DNA of 64,000 nt from Calcarisporiella thermophila CBS 279.70 (Eukaryota > Fungi > Calcarisporiellomycota). Below, piece by piece: positions 60,855 through 64,000 of the stretch (position 1 is its first letter; each line of letters starts with the position of its first letter). The stretch lies in the NCBI RefSeq assembly GCF_041956535.1, contig NW_027192212.1, forward strand, positions 388,970 through 452,969. Direction: 5' to 3'. The translations under genes and the position numbers were made by a program. The notes under the pieces were generated by a model that was not told the origin of the DNA, searched no databases, and saw only the letters and a program-made list of their open reading frames with translations.

Positions 60855-61990
60855 GGTATAGAATGAGCAGAGGAATGAAGAAGCTGGGTTGAAATAAACA
60901 TAATTTTAGCTCCACGAGAGATGACCTCAGTCCAAACTACCGGGTCTGCGAGGGAATCACGAGACATGAAGAGGGAGGGGAGGGCAGACCAGCCAAAATC
61001 AACATACTTGTTATAATGAATGCAGTCTTGATACTCCGCTCCCAATCGCCCCCCTTCGCGGCGTAATATTTAATTTCAATCTTTCAAGTGTATTGCTCTG
61101 TTGCACCACACGATTGCACCTTTGGCTCGCTTGTGTCCCATTGCGAGGGTAGTGCTAGCCTTTAGGACGGCTGCAATACCGGGCTAGAAGCAAGACCCTT
61201 CGAATAGGATTCTGGAAAGGCCGAGCTGAGCTTGGCCAATGCCAAGTAGTTCTTTAATTGTTCTTTTTTCCATCATCCATTATGCATGCTCTCTTGGCAG
61301 CTTAGCTCGTTTCGATCAGCCATCTTGCAAAGAATGAGCCAGATTCCATAGAGAATCCACAGGAGTTTTGATTGTTATTTTTGGGGGTCAAACAATACGC
61401 AACCGTTCAGCTTCTCATCCTTCAGAACATTCGTCGGAAACCCACTCAGAATTCTGCTTTAATCCAGAATGTGTCTGGCAATGTACATTTAGGGTAAGAC
61501 CTGGATTTAGATGAAACACATGAAAAGCAGTCACGGCCCATCCGCGTGCAACCTAAATTCTAGTCTCCAGCTCCGTCGGCAGTGACCCTACGTCCTCAGC
61601 CGTTGAGTCCTACTACCGCCCACTTGAACCCTTTGCGACTGCCCTCACCGAATTTACCACGTTTCTCCACAGTCGCATCCTCGGTCGCACCACTCACCAC
61701 ATCGACCCTTCCATCTCCACCAATTTCTCGGCCGCGCGGCAGAAAGTAGAGCAAATCGGGCCACATTAAATCTAGCTTCGAAGGCATTCGTGAGCCTTTT
61801 GTTATTTAACTGAAAAGAGAGCGAGATGGGGTATTAATTGTTAAGCAGAAGCACACAGACGAAGACGAAAAATCAAAGAATTGACTAATTTAGAACTATC
61901 AGGACAGCTTAATAAAAATAGAACGAAAACCCTATTTGGCATGACCGCGGTATATTTCCATAAAGGAGCTCAAGGTAATAGGACTGAATA

Positions 61991-62465
61991 TTAGCCTGAG
62001 CTAAAACCCGATGGTGTTGGTAGATAGAGAGAGTTCCGAGCGTCAAAACCTTTGCGGAGACGTCGCATAAACCGCCTGAATAGCAATGTTCCCGATAGGA
62101 CGAGCACGAGGAGGCTTAGCGGGAGCAGCAAGGCAAGACTTTGCTCGAGAACCAATTGGGTGTAGCTCTGCAGGAAGTAAGATCGGTGCATATTGTGCTT
62201 GATGGCGACGATGTATGAAATGGTGGAGAAGCCGTTTCCAACGAATGTGTTCACGTGCGCAAGCAACCCGTTCTCTACCAGCGAAAGACCGTGCACGTGC
62301 GTCCACGACTCACGCGAGGCATTGGCAAATAAAGAAGGGTCGTTGAGGCAAGCGTCGGAGCGGGGTAGCTCTTCGGCGTCGATGGTGAAGACTTGCGTTG
62401 GATAGCGCTTCTTCAGGTTAGCACGGTCTCGTGGTCTCGATTGTCGGTGGCAATCAGAATCGGGT
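61991..62465 (-). pseudogene. O-FucT copy B (5' deletion + frameshift)
   Basis: Homologous to copy A 59646-60115. 1-nt deletion near 62420 (CAGGTTAGCAC vs CAGGTTGAGCAC). About 740 bp including the start codon is missing. Confidence 0.85.
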
Positions 62466-63571
62466 GCTGATGAAGAAAGAGCGGGGGAATGGAGAAGCTA
62501 GATTGCACTGGAGAGGCTAGTGGCCCAACCAGGGGACATCACAGTGCGAGCGGTTGGACCAGCGAGAGAGGCACGTGGGCAACAAAGCAAAGAGATGCTC
62601 AGCCGAAAACGATGAACCGTTTCTAATGAAATAATGAAAGAGATTTGGGTTGGCACTCCGCTCCCAATCTCATATTGTGTCAATAAATTCAACTTTGAGT
62701 ATATTGCTCTGTCGCCCCCACCAGCCTCTCAACTCAACCGTTGCATGCTTGTGTTCCTCTGCCAAAAGAAGTGTGAGCCTGTTGGACGGTTACATCAAAG
62801 CACGGGACTCGAACTAAGGCCATTCGGATGGGACCATGGAGAGTGCAGCTGAGCTTGACTTTTTTCTATCTTCCATTGTGCCTGCTCTATTGGCAGCTTA
62901 GCTAGCTTCGATCAACCATCTTGCACGGGGGACCAACGTGCACATTGAATCCGCAAGCTTTCCTGCGTTTTATTTTTGCTATCGATCCAAACGTTCGTCA
63001 AAACCCTATTTAATTCAGCTTATGTATAGAAATTTTCATAGAGTCAGCCCCACATTGGACAAAACTATTGAAGAGCAGTCCCACCCGATCCTTGTGTAGC
63101 CTGACCTCCTTTACCGTCATCCAACTCCGTCGGCCTCGCCCTCCCGTCCTCAACCGCTGAAGTCTGCTGCACTCCACTCGAGCCCTCTGCGACCGCCTTC
63201 GTCGAATTTACCACGTCTCTCCACAGTCGCATCCTCGGCCGCACCGCCTACTCATTGCACATCGACCCTTCCACTTCTAACTATTTCTCGGCAGCCTTCT
63301 CCTACTGCAGAGCGGGAAGAAGTGCAAATCGAGCCACATTAAACCTAACCTTGAGAGCATTCGTGAGTTTTTTTTATTTAAAAGAAAAGACAGAGGCATG
63401 GGGGTATTAATTATTAGACAGAAGCACAAAGGCAAAGACGAACAGTTAGAATTAACAAATCAAGAGCTATCAAGACAGCTTAATAAAATTAGAACGAATT
63501 CCCTATTTGGCATGACCGCGGTATATTTCCATAAACAAACTCTAGACAATAGGATTTCTTATTATCCTGAA

Positions 63572-64000
63572 CTATGCATGATTCAAGGGTATTGGTAGAT
63601 AGGAAGATGTCCGAGTGCTACGTCCTTTGCGGAGATGTCGCGCACAACACCTGATCAGCAATATCCCTGACAGGATGAGCACAAGAAGACCTAGCGGGAG
63701 CAGCAAGGCTAGATTATGCTCGAGAACCGACTGCATGTAGCTCTGCAGGAAGTGAGATCGATGCATATTGCGCTTGATGGCGACGATGTATGAAAAGGTG
63801 GAGAAGCCGTTTCCAATGAACGTGTCCACATGCGCAAGCAGTTCGTTCTCAATCAGAGACAGACCATGCGCGCGCATCCATGACTCACGCGAGGCATTGG
63901 CAAATAAAGAAGGGTTGTTGAGGCAAGCGTCGGAGCGGAGCAGCTCCTCGGCGTCGATAGTGTAGATTTGCGTTGGATAGCGCTTCTTCAGGTTGAGCAC
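63572..64000 (-). CDS. O-FucT copy C (3' part only, runs off the window)
   Basis: Near-identical to the C-terminus of copy A. Frame is open to the window edge. Confidence 0.8.
   Translation of the reverse strand: MLNLKKRYPTQIYTIDAEELLRSDACLNNPSLFANASRESWMRAHGLSLIENELLAHVDTFIGNGFSTFSYIVAIKRNMHRSHFLQSYMQSVLEHNLALLLPLGLLVLILSGILLIRCCARHLRKGRSTRTSSYLPIPLNHA

Larger units (their letters stand above)
59570..64000. repeat. Tandem array (at least 3 units) of O-FucT gene plus spacer
   Basis: Spacer approx. 61035-61990 is homologous to approx. 62655-63571 (e.g. AATTTACCACGT.TCTCCACAGTCGCATCCTCGG in both). Stop codons at 59646, 61991 and 63572. Confidence 0.9.

Noticed and set aside
184-64000. An 'immunity island' made of the STAND cyclase, DM9 lectin, HIN1-like, PX-PB1 and fucosyltransferase genes
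   Set aside because: These genes are interspersed with housekeeping genes over 60 kb in a eukaryote, so co-location is not evidence of a functional cluster.
1-64000. CRISPR arrays, rRNA, prokaryotic operons
   Set aside because: None seen; the sequence is spliceosomal-intron-containing eukaryotic DNA.

Overview
Eukaryotic, gene-dense (about 20 protein genes in 64 kb) genomic DNA with short GT-AG introns. It is fungal, and gene content suggests an early-diverging lineage such as Mucoromycota (inference). Genes in order: LEA_2/HIN1-like membrane protein, plasma-membrane H+-ATPase, GSK3 kinase, SAP18, an 8-exon soluble-adenylyl-cyclase (ADCY10/sAC)-like cyclase-STAND-TPR protein of about 1647 aa, Exo84, Rab5/Vps21, a DM9-repeat protein, mitochondrial uS19, a truncated Ty3/gypsy element (LTR + PBS + gag), tRNA-Cys(GCA), two tandem MFS transporters, an Mbp1/Res-type APSES-ankyrin factor, eIF3g, MND1, a GPI-type Cys-rich protein, a 54-aa small ORF, a small single-pass protein, a PX/PB1-like protein, an FBXO21-like F-box, an Lte1-like RasGEF, and a tandem array of O-fucosyltransferase-family genes (intact, pseudogene, and one cut by the window edge). 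The strongest candidate for an undescribed system is the NLR-shaped cyclase. It keeps both metal-binding Asp residues but has substitutions at the purine-selecting, transition-state and bicarbonate-binding positions. All exon models and alignments were made by eye, and reference residue numbers are from memory.
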